64,000 nucleotides of DNA from contig CBFGKC010000005.1 of assembly GCA_965649265.1 (NCBI GenBank), forward strand, positions 128,629-192,628. Direction: 5' to 3'. Of the stretch, positions 36,383 to 46,796 are shown piece after piece. A program made the translations under genes and the position numbers. Positions within the stretch are counted from its first letter, which is position 1; the number at the start of each line of letters is the position of its first letter. The DNA is from a candidate division WOR-3 bacterium (GTDB lineage: Bacteria; Hydrothermota; Tepidihabitantia; B3-TA06). Under the pieces are notes generated by a model that did not search any database, was not told the DNA's origin, and saw only the letters and a program-made list of their open reading frames with translations.

Positions 36383-38674
36383 TCAGCCCTCACCAAGAAG
36401 CCTGGCCGCCTGTTGACTTAGTTCGCGGTAGCCCAGCTCGAAAGCGCGCATGAACTCCTTGCGCGCCTTGTCCCTTTGACCCTGGGCTAAAAGCACTTCA
36501 CCCTTGTGGTAAATGACGGATGCGTCGGTCGGGTCTCCCTCCAGCGCTCGATCGAGGTTTTTCAATGCCTTGTCGAGCTCGCCGAGGTAGAGGAGGGCGA
36601 TGCCGAAATCCCTCCACTGCCATGGTGCCAGCGTCCCCTTCTCAAGCTCCGCCAGAGCCTCGTAGGCCCTGGCCGTCTCCGCGTAGCGGCCGAGCTCGAA
36701 GGAGGTCGATGCCGTAACGTCGAGCGCCTGGAGATTCCGCGGGTCCTTGTCGAGAAGACTCCTCGCCGCATCGAGCGCTTCCTCCCTGCGCCCAAGATAA
36801 TTCAAAGACTCGGCGTAATTCGCGAGCGCCTGCTCGTCGGTAACGCCCAGCGGGGCGAGTTCCTGATATTCCTGCACGACCTTGTCTGATTCGCCGTGCT
36901 CGTGATAGAAGAGGAATTTCGTGAGAAGGGTTGCCGAATCGAGCAGGAGAACCTGTTCGGCGCCCTTGAAACGCGCGATTTCAGCGCCTTTACGGGTTAT
37001 CTCGAGGGCGCGTGTTCTGTCGAGGTTCTCTGCGGAACTGTCATATATCACGGCCGAGAATGTGGAGTTTTCGCGGGACGAAAAGCTTGTTTTCAACTCG
37101 GAGAGTTTTACCTTTATTCCCTTTAGTTCGTGCGAGGCCGGAAGGAAACCTATAAAGTCACTCGAGATCGTGCTGACCACGTCCCCGGGCACGGCAAGCC
37201 GCTCGAGCAGGGAAGCAAGAGTGCGGTAGAGCTCTTTTATTGCAGCCGAGCCGCGCTGCTCCCGGATGGTCGCAAGATTGTCAAGAAAGAGGAGGACGAG
37301 GAGGAACCTTTCCTTTTCCTGGCTTTCGCGGAGCTTCGCCTCGAAAAGTGAACGCGGCGAAAGCGAGCGCTGGCCGCGGCGGTCCCTCGTACGTCTGTCC
37401 TGAAGCGTTCTCTTGCCTCTCTCGGAAGGCGCTACCCATTCCAGAAGGAACCCCGGCGCAGGGATGAAGGTGTCACCGCCCCTGCGGAGCGCGAACGAGA
37501 CCTGGGGTTGGCACAAAATAACCTCGAGTTCGCCGAGCACGACGCGAGGAAAGTAGCCGATTATCTTGTTCTGGGACCCGGGCTGAATTATGGGCTCTCG
37601 TCCGTTGAACTTGCGATTGTCGTAAACGCGGAAAACGTCTCCAATATCCACGCCGGCGTCGCTTCCGAGATCTATGGTCGCGATTCCTGTTCGCTCGTCG
37701 TAATCGAGAACCGTCCCCCCCTCGGCCAGAATGCGTTCGAATGCGATAACCCTGTCACGCCCGAGCTTCTTCGCAACGTAGGTGGCGACGTCGGCACGCT
37801 CGTAGAGCTGGTCCAATTCACCAGGAAGCGCCTCATCGGGAACCCGCAGGATTACGGCGCTGTCTGCGGTGGCGATGCCGATGCTCGCCGTGACCTTGGG
37901 CAGGGAAAGAGCCTTGAATTCGGGATTGGCATGCTTGTACCGCTCAAGCTCCTCCGCCGAAGGAATCCTCGAAGAACGGATGAACTCCAGAAGACGTTCG
38001 CCGAGCGCCTGAGCGTCGGCCGTCGAGAGATAGGGAACGAGCACGCCGAACTCCTCACCGCCCAGTCTCGCCAGAAGCGCCTTTACCTGGTTATCTTCCG
38101 AGAAGAAGGAGCGAACCTTGCGGGCAAACGAGCGTAAGACCTCGTCACCGAAGCGGTGGCCGAGCGTATCGTTAATCTCCTTGAAGTGATCGAGATCGAG
38201 ATGGAAGAAGGAGAGGGAGGGGGTCCTTGCCTTTCTATCGCGTGCGCTCTCACCGGAAACCGCCGTTTCGTTCTTGACCGCAAGGGCGGACTCTATCATG
38301 CGTTTACGAAACGCCTCTTTCTTGAGGAAGCCCGTGAGGCCGTCCCGGTCGCGCTCCTCCTCGAGAAGAACGTTGCGCACGAGCAGGCTTAAAAGGCCCG
38401 ATATCTCCCCGGCTTCGATGCGTGATTCCTTTTTGAATGAGACGACCGCAACCAGCCTGCCCCCGGCGCCGCTTGTGCCGATGATAAGTTTTCCATCCAC
38501 CAGCTTTTCGGGAGAGCTTCCGAGCAAGTCCGTCATGGCGTTCATGTCTACCCCGCGGGAGCTCGAGACGAAAACCTCCTCGCCCTGCATGAACATAACG
38601 CCCGAAAGCTCGGCACCAAGAGGCTTGAGCACTCGCGTCGCTTCACTGCGGAATTCTTCCAGCGTATTGCTCAC
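36383..38674 (-). CDS. Diguanylate cyclase (GGEEF) + beta-barrel + degenerate GGDEF + TPR
   Basis: DGLTG; DLDHFKEINDTLGHRFGD; RLGGEEF; TASIG; ADVATYVAK..GRD; IDLGSDAGV..GD.F.V; C-terminal TPRs. Confidence 0.88.
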   Translation of the reverse strand: MSNTLEEFRSEATRVLKPLGAELSGVMFMQGEEVFVSSSRGVDMNAMTDLLGSSPEKLVDGKLIIGTSGAGGRLVAVVSFKKESRIEAGEISGLLSLLVRNVLLEEERDRDGLTGFLKKEAFRKRMIESALAVKNETAVSGESARDRKARTPSLSFFHLDLDHFKEINDTLGHRFGDEVLRSFARKVRSFFSEDNQVKALLARLGGEEFGVLVPYLSTADAQALGERLLEFIRSSRIPSAEELERYKHANPEFKALSLPKVTASIGIATADSAVILRVPDEALPGELDQLYERADVATYVAKKLGRDRVIAFERILAEGGTVLDYDERTGIATIDLGSDAGVDIGDVFRVYDNRKFNGREPIIQPGSQNKIIGYFPRVVLGELEVILCQPQVSFALRRGGDTFIPAPGFLLEWVAPSERGKRTLQDRRTRDRRGQRSLSPRSLFEAKLRESQEKERFLLVLLFLDNLATIREQRGSAAIKELYRTLASLLERLAVPGDVVSTISSDFIGFLPASHELKGIKVKLSELKTSFSSRENSTFSAVIYDSSAENLDRTRALEITRKGAEIARFKGAEQVLLLDSATLLTKFLFYHEHGESDKVVQEYQELAPLGVTDEQALANYAESLNYLGRREEALDAARSLLDKDPRNLQALDVTASTSFELGRYAETARAYEALAELEKGTLAPWQWRDFGIALLYLGELDKALKNLDRALEGDPTDASVIYHKGEVLLAQGQRDKARKEFMRAFELGYRELSQQAARLLGEG

Positions 38675-38785
38675 ATTCGAGTCTAGCCCGATAGAGGGTT
38701 ATGTCAAGATGCATCCATCGCGCACGATGTTGACAACCGGGCGCAAAGCAATATACTTATTCACTCAGACAAAGGAGGCTCAAAA

Positions 38786-38968
38786 ATGAAGGTGAAAATC
38801 GATGCCGAAGCTTGTATCGGCTGCGGAGTTTGCGCGGATATATGCCCGCAAGTCTTTGAATTGAAAGATGACAAGGCGGTCGTTGTTTCCGGCGCGGATT
38901 GCGGCGGCGCAGGATGCTGTCAGGAAGCGTCCGAATCCTGCCCAACTCAGGCAATAGTCGTCGAGTAA
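38786..38968 (+). CDS. fdx: Ferredoxin (single 4Fe-4S cluster type)
   Basis: CIGCGVC..CP and CPTQAI; SD AAGGAGG; promoter TTGACA-N16-TATACT at 38730. Confidence 0.95.
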   Translation: MKVKIDAEACIGCGVCADICPQVFELKDDKAVVVSGADCGGAGCCQEASESCPTQAIVVE

Positions 38969-38988
38969 CAGAATTTTGCGATTTCAAA

Positions 38989-39022
38989 GGCGGGGAAGAT
39001 TTCTTCCCCGTTCTTTTTTTTT
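38989..39022 (+). terminator. Intrinsic terminator of ferredoxin
   Basis: CGGGGAAGA-TT-TCTTCCCCG followed by T9. Confidence 0.88.
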
Positions 39023-39032
39023 GAACTCAATC

Positions 39033-39085
39033 AAAAAAACCGCCCCCGGACGGGGGCGGTACAGGAGGTGTTTCTGAGGAGGGCT
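39033..39085 (-). ncRNA. Candidate ~53-nt sRNA with two anti-SD motifs
   Basis: Perfect TTGACA-N16-TATAAT (39119-39092, minus); CCCUCCU and CACCUCCU; ACCGCCCCCG/CGGGGGCGGU stem + U7; no ORF. Confidence 0.65.
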
Positions 39086-39300
39086 ACTTAGATTATAGTC
39101 AAGAGCCGAAGCCTGTCAAGTCCCTTAAGGCTAACTCTAAGCCTCATATATATAAGAGTTACAATGAAAGTACTTAACTTAGCTAATTAGTTTATCGGGC
39201 AACATTCCACAAAGAATCCCGCATCAAAGGACAAGAGCACCAGAAACAACCTAAACGATTTCATGTGTGTGCGTTTTTTATACTACGGCACTAATCCGGA

Positions 39301-40785
39301 TTAGCCGGGTAGTTTTCGCTTGATCCTTCCGGACGATAGTTGATCCTTTGGCGGTTTCTCTTTCCTTCCGGCGGCAGCCAGGCTGGTTTTAGCGGTACCC
39401 GGTTTACGAGGAGTAACACCCTCCAAATCCCCCTTATCGAAGGAGGAATTGGCCACTATGGTCGAAAATGCAATAAAGAGCCACAGCGTTATATGGTGCT
39501 GAGTCGAAAGGAAAAAATGAGCAAGAAGCGAACTTCCAAACCCAACGAACAAGCCCTCCATTTGGAGAGTTTTTTGCCGGTCGCCCTGTTTAAAATAGTA
39601 CTTTCGGGCACGAAGAAAGTTGCGTAACGCAAAAAACAAGATGACGGCGAATGGTATAAAACCGAAAAGACCCGTTCCGGAAAGTATTTCCAGGTAAGCG
39701 TCATGAATAACAGGGACTACATTGCGAGCGCTGGTTTGTGAGTAATATCCGAATATCCACCTGAAACAATCCGCACCTACTCCAAATAAAGGGTGGTCAA
39801 AGAAAATTCGCAGTGCCGTTACGGCAAAATAACCACGCCAGTCCACTGATGCGGCACGAGCTCCCCTGAGAAATGTTTCGAGATTCATACCTTTGGAGAA
39901 AATTTCGAAAAAACTCAAGTACAACAATCCTACCAATACAATTGACATCACAAAGAAAAGCAAGAGCTTCCTCTGTCTCCAGAAAAGGACGAATTGTGTG
40001 GGAATAAGAACGAGCAGCATGCTCCGGGAAAAGGTCAAGGGAACGGTTACAGTCATCAGAAAATATGCGCCGAAGTACAGAAACTTTTTCCATTTGCTCG
40101 TTGAACTGACACCAAAATAAAAGGCGAAACATAAAAAGGGCAGCAGCCAGAACCCGAAGTAATTCGGGTCACTCATGGTCCCGGTCGCCCTCACCAGAGG
40201 ATTGTTTAACACTTTTTGAACTATGGCGATAATCGATTCAATTGTAAGACTGACGATAAGAACATTTATAATTGTATTTACACGTTTTTGTTCTCCCAGG
40301 ATATTAACGAATACCCAGTACGCCACAAAATTCCCTAAAAACAGGAAGATACCTGCAAAAGTGTTCTCGAGGTCAAACATCGCAAGCAAGGAGAGAACGC
40401 ATCCCACCAGGAACATAAGTATCGAGGCCCCGACAGGGGTTATTTTAAAAGTCTCGGTCTTTTTAGACATAAGGATCGACGGTATAGAAAGAACGACCAA
40501 AACCAACCCACCAAAACGAACAAAGCTCTCCATGGGAATAAAGTCGCCGACTATATAAGAGAACGGAGTCAGAAGAAAATAAACTAACCAGAACGGATAG
40601 GGATTATAGATGGCTAGAATCAGGATGAGCAGAATGAGGGGCAAAAGCGCGATTACGATTCCGGTAATCCCCGAAACGTATAAACCGAGGATCGCACTAA
40701 GTCCCAGAGCCAAAAGAGATGCCAGCGCGACCCACGCGGGCTCCCGGCTCATTCGTTCTATCTTTGATCCAGACATCTCCGTCAC
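39301..40785 (-). CDS. O-antigen ligase (Wzy_C) family membrane protein
   Basis: RATGT..DPNYFG; TFSRS; HPLFGVG; HDAYLEIL..TGLFG; ~12 TM; AT-richer than flanks. Confidence 0.85.
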   Translation of the reverse strand: MTEMSGSKIERMSREPAWVALASLLALGLSAILGLYVSGITGIVIALLPLILLILILAIYNPYPFWLVYFLLTPFSYIVGDFIPMESFVRFGGLVLVVLSIPSILMSKKTETFKITPVGASILMFLVGCVLSLLAMFDLENTFAGIFLFLGNFVAYWVFVNILGEQKRVNTIINVLIVSLTIESIIAIVQKVLNNPLVRATGTMSDPNYFGFWLLPFLCFAFYFGVSSTSKWKKFLYFGAYFLMTVTVPLTFSRSMLLVLIPTQFVLFWRQRKLLLFFVMSIVLVGLLYLSFFEIFSKGMNLETFLRGARAASVDWRGYFAVTALRIFFDHPLFGVGADCFRWIFGYYSQTSARNVVPVIHDAYLEILSGTGLFGFIPFAVILFFALRNFLRARKYYFKQGDRQKTLQMEGLFVGFGSSLLAHFFLSTQHHITLWLFIAFSTIVANSSFDKGDLEGVTPRKPGTAKTSLAAAGRKEKPPKDQLSSGRIKRKLPG

Positions 40786-40959
40786 TTTCCGACAACTCCT
40801 GAAGTGGTCATACGTCCATGCACACCTAACTCTACGGATTCCTAAACGATTGTCAATTATCGAGCATTAGTATTTAAGAACGATCTTCCGGCAAGAAACC
40901 GAGTAACTTGCTAAAATAATGAGACTTGACGAGCAAAGAATCCTCCATATAATCACCCG

Positions 40960-42660
40960 ATGATATGGTCTAAATCCCTTGTGCCGACTCTGCGGGAAGA
41001 CCCGCGTCAGGCGGAAAATTTGAGCCACAAGGTTCTATTGAGAGCCGGTTTTATAAGGCCTGTTGGATCGGGACTTTACAACATTCTCCCCCTGGGACTA
41101 AGGGTTACGAACAAGATCACGAAGATAATCAGGGAGGAGATGGACCGCATAGGCGGACAGGAGATGCACCTTTCCGCGCTCTCACCCAGGACCATATGGG
41201 ACCAGTCGGGCCGCTGGTCGGCGTTCGGCGACGACATGTTTCGTCTGGTGGACCGCAAGGGACAGGATATGGCCCTTTGTCCGACTCATGAGGAGATAAT
41301 GGCCCTCATTGCATCAAAGGAGCTGCGTTCTTACAAGGAACTTCCCCAAATATGGTATCAGTTCCAGACCAAGTTCCGCGACGAGCCCAGACCAAGGGGG
41401 GGGGTCCTGAGGACGCGCCAGTTCACGATGAAGGATTCATACAGTTTTGATATAGACGTGGACGGTCTGCACCGCTCATACAAATTGAACGAGGAGGCTT
41501 ACTCGAGGGCATTCATGCGTATGGGCCACAAGTTTTTCATAGTCCAGGCCTCAGGCGGACTTATGGGAACCGGGGAGAGCGCCGAATTCATGGTCGAGGC
41601 GGAATCGGGTGAGGACATAGCCATCTGCTGTCCGAAATGCGACTACCGGGCAAACGCCGAGGTCGCCGAGGCTCAAGTTACGGCTTCACCTGCACTTGAG
41701 GCCAGGAGGGAGAAGGTGCACACTCCAAACCAGAGAAGCGTTGAGGAAGTTGCAGCCTTTCTGGGAGTTAAACCCTCACAGCTCGTCAAGAGCCTCCTGT
41801 ACACGAGACAGGGTAAGCCCCTCCTGGTGCTCGTGCGCGGTGATTACGAGTTGAGCGAGGAGAAGCTTAAACGTACCTTCGGCAAGGAATTGGTTCCGGC
41901 GACCGACGAGGACGCAAGAAAGTACATGGGGGCATCCCTGGGGTTTCTGGGGCCGCAAGGGTTAAAAATCGAGGTTTATGCTGATAAGAGCCTTGAGGGT
42001 TCGGATACGTATGCCGCGGGAGCTAATGAGGACGATCACCACATCGTGGGTATAAGTCTTTCGAAGGAGGTAAATATACGGGAGTATCTGGACTTGAGGA
42101 TGGTGCGGGCAGGAGACGGCTGCCCCAGGTGCGCGGCACCAATTGAGGAGAAGAAAACGATCGAACTCGGGCATATCTTTAAACTTGGGACAAAGTATTC
42201 CGAGGCCATGGGTGCGACCGTCCTGGACGAGAACGGAAACCAGCGCGTGATCGTGATGGGTTCTTACGGCATAGGGATAGAACGCTCGATGGCCGCTCTG
42301 GTTGACGAGCATTTCAGGGACGACAGGATGGCCTGGCCGGTGAACGTGGCGCCGTATGAGGTCGAGGTCGTCTCACTCGGGGAGAACGAGCGGTCGGAGA
42401 CGTTTTATTCGGAACTTTGCTCGAAGGGTATTGAAACGGCGTTTGACGACCGTGAACTCGCCCCCGGAGCCAAGTTTGCAGACGCGGATCTGGTGGGAAT
42501 TCCATACAGGCTGGTCGTGGGTCCACGGGGTCTCAAGGAAGGCAAAGTGGACATAAAGAAAGTGGCGACGAATGAACTCATCCCGGTGTCCGTTAACGAC
42601 GCGGTAAGCAAGGTCTCGGAACTTGTCGCGGCGGAAAAGAAGGCGACTTGCCGTGACTGA
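40960..42660 (+). CDS. proS: Prolyl-tRNA synthetase (bacterial type with editing domain)
   Basis: PTHEE; KFRDEPRPRGGVLRTRQF.MKDSYSF; IELGHIFKLGTKYS; MGSYGIG. Confidence 0.97.
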   Translation: MIWSKSLVPTLREDPRQAENLSHKVLLRAGFIRPVGSGLYNILPLGLRVTNKITKIIREEMDRIGGQEMHLSALSPRTIWDQSGRWSAFGDDMFRLVDRKGQDMALCPTHEEIMALIASKELRSYKELPQIWYQFQTKFRDEPRPRGGVLRTRQFTMKDSYSFDIDVDGLHRSYKLNEEAYSRAFMRMGHKFFIVQASGGLMGTGESAEFMVEAESGEDIAICCPKCDYRANAEVAEAQVTASPALEARREKVHTPNQRSVEEVAAFLGVKPSQLVKSLLYTRQGKPLLVLVRGDYELSEEKLKRTFGKELVPATDEDARKYMGASLGFLGPQGLKIEVYADKSLEGSDTYAAGANEDDHHIVGISLSKEVNIREYLDLRMVRAGDGCPRCAAPIEEKKTIELGHIFKLGTKYSEAMGATVLDENGNQRVIVMGSYGIGIERSMAALVDEHFRDDRMAWPVNVAPYEVEVVSLGENERSETFYSELCSKGIETAFDDRELAPGAKFADADLVGIPYRLVVGPRGLKEGKVDIKKVATNELIPVSVNDAVSKVSELVAAEKKATCRD

Positions 42661-43099
42661 GGAGATGTCCAGGCTGGTGCTTGACGTGGTCAAGGACAGA
42701 GGATGCAGGCTCTATCACGCGGAGCTCAGGGGAGGCCGCCTTGAGGTGTATATCGAGAAACAGGGAGGCGCTACCGTGGGCGACTGCGAGGGAATAAGCA
42801 AGACGCTCGCGTTGACGCTTTCTGCGGCGCGCGAAGAGTGGAGGAATTTGATGCTCGACGTCTCGACACCGGGACTGGAAAGGAAACTCTACACGCTCGA
42901 GCACTACCAGGCTGTTATAGGACAGAGGTTGGAGATCAAGACGGCGTGCGGTGTGATTGAGGCATTTCTGAAGGAGGCGGACGGGGAAGGCATCGAAATA
43001 GAAGACTCAACCGGCGTGGGCCGCCGGCTAGGTTACAACGAGATCCTCTCGGCCCAGGTGAAACTTTCCACCGAGGAACTCTTCAAAAGGAGACAGTAG
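42653..43099 (+). CDS. rimP: Ribosome maturation factor RimP
   Basis: V.DCE.IS; LDVSTPGLERKL; position before nusA. Confidence 0.9.
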   Translation: MTEEMSRLVLDVVKDRGCRLYHAELRGGRLEVYIEKQGGATVGDCEGISKTLALTLSAAREEWRNLMLDVSTPGLERKLYTLEHYQAVIGQRLEIKTACGVIEAFLKEADGEGIEIEDSTGVGRRLGYNEILSAQVKLSTEELFKRRQ

Positions 43100-43104
43100 A
43101 TATC

Positions 43105-44646
43105 ATGGAAACCGAAATCACTAGACTGGTCACGCAGCTGGCCCGCATTCGCAACGTCGAGGTCGGCTACGTATACGAGACCCTTACCCAGAGCATCATT
43201 GCCGGCCTTAAACGCAGGTTCGGCAGGGATGTGCGTCACGATGTCAAGGTGAACCCCACCACTGGCGATATCGAGGTGGCCATCATTCAGACCGCCGTAA
43301 AACTCGTAAGCAATATTACGCTAGAAATATCGTTAAATGACGCGATTAAAATTAAGCCCGACGCCCAGGAAGGCGAAGAGATCCGCATTGAAATCCCGCT
43401 TCAGGAAGTTGGAAGAGTGGCCATACAGCGAACGATTGACGAGCTCACACACCGCCTGCGCGAGGCAGAGCGCAACAAGCTCTTCAACGAATTCGCAAAA
43501 AAGAAAGGCGATATTATTTCCGGAACCATTCACAAGATCGAAAAGGACGAGATACTCGTGAATCTGGGTCCGATTTATGGAACGCTGCCCCTCCGGGACC
43601 AGCTCAAGACCGACCACCACCAGATAGGCACGTCATTCAAGTTCTACGTTCTCCGGGTCGAGCGGACTCCGATAGGACCCCGGGTGTTCCTTTCGAGGAC
43701 TCATCCCGATTTCTTGAAGAAGCTCCTGGCGCAGGAAGTGCCGGAGATACAGCAGAATATTGTCGAGATCAAGGCCGTCGCGCGCATTCCCGGCGTGCGC
43801 TCGAAGGTCGCGGTGACTAGCCACGACGACAAGATAGACCCCATAGGAGCATGCGTCGGCTACCGCAAGGTTCGAATCCAGAACATCATGAAGGAGATAT
43901 CGGGCGAGAAGATAGACGTCATACAGTGGCACGCCGACGAAAAGATATTCATCGCCCGCGCCATGAGCCCGGCGAAGGTGGGAGAGGTTCTGAAGGAGGA
44001 GGATTCCTTTACCGTAGTCGTTCCGGACGACGAGTTCTCCAAGGCCATAGGCCGCAAGGGTCAGAACGTCTGGCTTGCGTCACTCATAACCAACGCCAAG
44101 CTCGACATCCTGAAGGAGTCCGATTACCGCAACCGCCTGTTCAGCCAGCGGGTTTCGCAGATACTCGTCGACACCCTTGACTTCCTTGACGAGCAGACGA
44201 GAGCGACGCTTGTTGGAGCCGGATTCACGACCGTGGTCTCGCTCTTCGAGCAGCCGCCTACAGAGGTTTCCAAGGTACTGGGATGGGATCCTGCCCGCAT
44301 AGACCAGCTCAAGACGCAGATACGAGAGCAGCTTGAGCGCAGGGAACTCGAACGCAAGCTCTTCGAGAAAGAGAAACTCGCCGAGATGCGTGCGGCCGCG
44401 CTGGAGGTATCTCCCGACGCGCAGTCCCAGTCCGGCGAATTGATAGAAGCCTCCCTGAAGCAGGAACAAGCCGAACCCCGGGATGAAGACGCGGGGGACG
44501 GGAGTGAACCTGCCCGTGACGAAGAAGAACACGGCGAGGAGACCAGCCCTGACGAATCGCAAGACCTTCCTCCTGACAATTCAGACAAAGAAGGCGAGGA
44601 GAACAAGCGAGATGAAGATACGGAAGACGAAAAGGAGAAAGCCTAG
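43105..44646 (+). CDS. nusA: Transcription elongation factor NusA with acidic tail
   Basis: LSRTHP; EVPEI; AR.PG.RSKVAV; DPIGACVG; AIGRKGQNV. Confidence 0.96.
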   Translation: METEITRLVTQLARIRNVEVGYVYETLTQSIIAGLKRRFGRDVRHDVKVNPTTGDIEVAIIQTAVKLVSNITLEISLNDAIKIKPDAQEGEEIRIEIPLQEVGRVAIQRTIDELTHRLREAERNKLFNEFAKKKGDIISGTIHKIEKDEILVNLGPIYGTLPLRDQLKTDHHQIGTSFKFYVLRVERTPIGPRVFLSRTHPDFLKKLLAQEVPEIQQNIVEIKAVARIPGVRSKVAVTSHDDKIDPIGACVGYRKVRIQNIMKEISGEKIDVIQWHADEKIFIARAMSPAKVGEVLKEEDSFTVVVPDDEFSKAIGRKGQNVWLASLITNAKLDILKESDYRNRLFSQRVSQILVDTLDFLDEQTRATLVGAGFTTVVSLFEQPPTEVSKVLGWDPARIDQLKTQIREQLERRELERKLFEKEKLAEMRAAALEVSPDAQSQSGELIEASLKQEQAEPRDEDAGDGSEPARDEEEHGEETSPDESQDLPPDNSDKEGEENKRDEDTEDEKEKA

Positions 44647-46796
44647 TGAAATCCCGCCAACTCAAGGTCTTCGAAGCCGCCGAAAGACTTCGCCTGTCGA
44701 GCGAAGCACTCGCACGGATGATGACGGAGCTAGGCTTCAAGGAGCGGGGATACACTTCATACATCACCCCTGAAGAATTCGACGCGGTAAAGGCCCGGCT
44801 GCGGGACGAGAAGCAAAAGATAAAGCAATCGATGCAGCGAAAGCCCTCTGCAAAGCGCCCAGCCCCAAAGAGACCGAGAGTGATTGCGGAACAGGAAATT
44901 CAACGCGCGGTAAAGGAAACCCTTGCTCGCATGGATCACAAGCACCCGAAAAAGAAACCGGGCAAGAGACCGGTGAGGCCCGCCCGAAAATTCCGCAAGG
45001 AAGAAGAACAGCTCAAGGTGTTCGAACCCAAGCGCGAGGGCCCGTTTTCGAACATACGGGAAGCGACCGTAAGCGATTTCATGAGCGTTTCAGAAATTGC
45101 GCATACCTTCAACGTCCCTCCTGCCGAGATAATAAAGCGCTGCGTCGCGATGGGCGTGTTTGTCACGATCAACGAGCGTCTTTCACTGGACACAATCTCG
45201 ATACTCGCGGAAGACTTCGGAATCAGGATCCATATCGAAACCGAGCCCGCACTGGAGAGCGAGGAAGAAACCGAAGAAGTTGAGGAAAGGACCCGCCCGC
45301 CTGTCGTGGTAATAATGGGACACGTGGATCACGGCAAGACCACTCTGCTCGATTATATTCGCAAGTCGCGCCTGGCATCACAGGAAGCCGGCAGAATCAC
45401 CCAGAGCATAGGCGCATACACGGCACAGGCAAAAGGATTTCAGATAGTCTTTCTGGACACGCCGGGGCACGAGGCTTTCACCGCGATGCGAGCCCGCGGG
45501 GCGTCGGTTGCAGATATTGCAATCCTTGTCGTCGCCGCCGACGACGGGATCAAGCCGCAGACGATCGAGGCCATAAACCATGCAAAGGCCGCCGACCTGC
45601 CGATAATTGTCGCGATAACGAAGAGCGATCTTGCGACCGCCGACTCCGACAGGGTCAAGAGCCAGCTGACACAGCACAGCATAGTAGTCGAGGACTTCGG
45701 GGGTAAAACAATAGCGGTGGAAGTCTCAGGCGTAACCGGCCAGGGAATAGACGATCTCCTCGACGCCATACAGGTTACGTCCATGGAACTCAGCCTCATG
45801 GCTCCTTTCGAGGGGCGTGCCAGGGGCGTGGTCATCGAATCGAGGCTCGACCGCAGCAAGGGAACCATCACGACAATAATCGTGGAGAAGGGAACACTCG
45901 AGAGGGGGGACCCCTACATATGCGGCGACTGGAGCGGCAGGGTCAGGGAGATGACCGACGAACTGGGAAAGAGACTCGAACGCGCCACGCCCGGAACCCC
46001 TGTTCAGGTTCTCGGTGTCGGCGGCATAACCGAACCCGGCGAGACGTTCGAAGTCGTGGAGAGTGAACGCGCGGCCAGGGAACTCGCACAGCGCAGGCAT
46101 CTTATGCGGCGCGAACGCACGCTTGCAAGCTCATCCAGGCTGTCCCTCGAATCGATCCAGGAGCAAATCCAGACGGGCGACGTCAAGGAGCTGAAGATAG
46201 TGCTCAAGGGCGACGTGTACGGCTCAGTGGAAGCACTTACTTCCTCGCTCGAGGGTCTTTCGATGGACGAGGTTCGGGTCAGGGTAATTCACTCCGGCGT
46301 CGGGCCTATTAATATAACCGACGTGAACCTGGCAGAGGCCTCCGGAGCGGTCATAATAGGGTTCCACGTGACCGTTCACGCCGATGCTCGTTCGAGGGCC
46401 GGGGATATCGGAATAGAGATACGCACTTACAAGGTAATATACGACGCAATTGACGACGTAAGGGCGGCAATGCTCGGAATGCTCGAGCCCGTGGAGGAAG
46501 AAGTGATCCTCGGCCACGCCGAGGTCAGGCAGGTCTTCAAGATTCCCAAGGTCGGAACGGTAGCAGGCTCGTACGTGCTTGACGGCAAGGTTACCCGCGA
46601 CTCGAAGGCAAGGGTCTACAGGGGAAACGATCAGCTTACCGAGACCGGGCTTGCCTCGCTGCAGCGTTTCGAAAAGTCGACCAAGGAAGTGGAGCAGGGA
46701 TTCGAATGCGGAATCAGGCTCGAGGGCTGGGACGACCTTAAGCCTGCGGACAGGCTCGAATTCTTCAAGATCGTCGAACGCGAAAGAAAGACATGA
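44646..46796 (+). CDS. infB: Translation initiation factor IF-2
   Basis: RPPVVVIMGHVDHGKTTLLD; DTPGHEAFTAMRARGA; GFECG. Confidence 0.98.
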   Translation: MKSRQLKVFEAAERLRLSSEALARMMTELGFKERGYTSYITPEEFDAVKARLRDEKQKIKQSMQRKPSAKRPAPKRPRVIAEQEIQRAVKETLARMDHKHPKKKPGKRPVRPARKFRKEEEQLKVFEPKREGPFSNIREATVSDFMSVSEIAHTFNVPPAEIIKRCVAMGVFVTINERLSLDTISILAEDFGIRIHIETEPALESEEETEEVEERTRPPVVVIMGHVDHGKTTLLDYIRKSRLASQEAGRITQSIGAYTAQAKGFQIVFLDTPGHEAFTAMRARGASVADIAILVVAADDGIKPQTIEAINHAKAADLPIIVAITKSDLATADSDRVKSQLTQHSIVVEDFGGKTIAVEVSGVTGQGIDDLLDAIQVTSMELSLMAPFEGRARGVVIESRLDRSKGTITTIIVEKGTLERGDPYICGDWSGRVREMTDELGKRLERATPGTPVQVLGVGGITEPGETFEVVESERAARELAQRRHLMRRERTLASSSRLSLESIQEQIQTGDVKELKIVLKGDVYGSVEALTSSLEGLSMDEVRVRVIHSGVGPINITDVNLAEASGAVIIGFHVTVHADARSRAGDIGIEIRTYKVIYDAIDDVRAAMLGMLEPVEEEVILGHAEVRQVFKIPKVGTVAGSYVLDGKVTRDSKARVYRGNDQLTETGLASLQRFEKSTKEVEQGFECGIRLEGWDDLKPADRLEFFKIVERERKT

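Noticed and set aside
43850-43880. NusA KH1 loop reads GYRK rather than GxxG
   Set aside because: A single substitution in an otherwise intact gene; significance cannot be judged without an alignment
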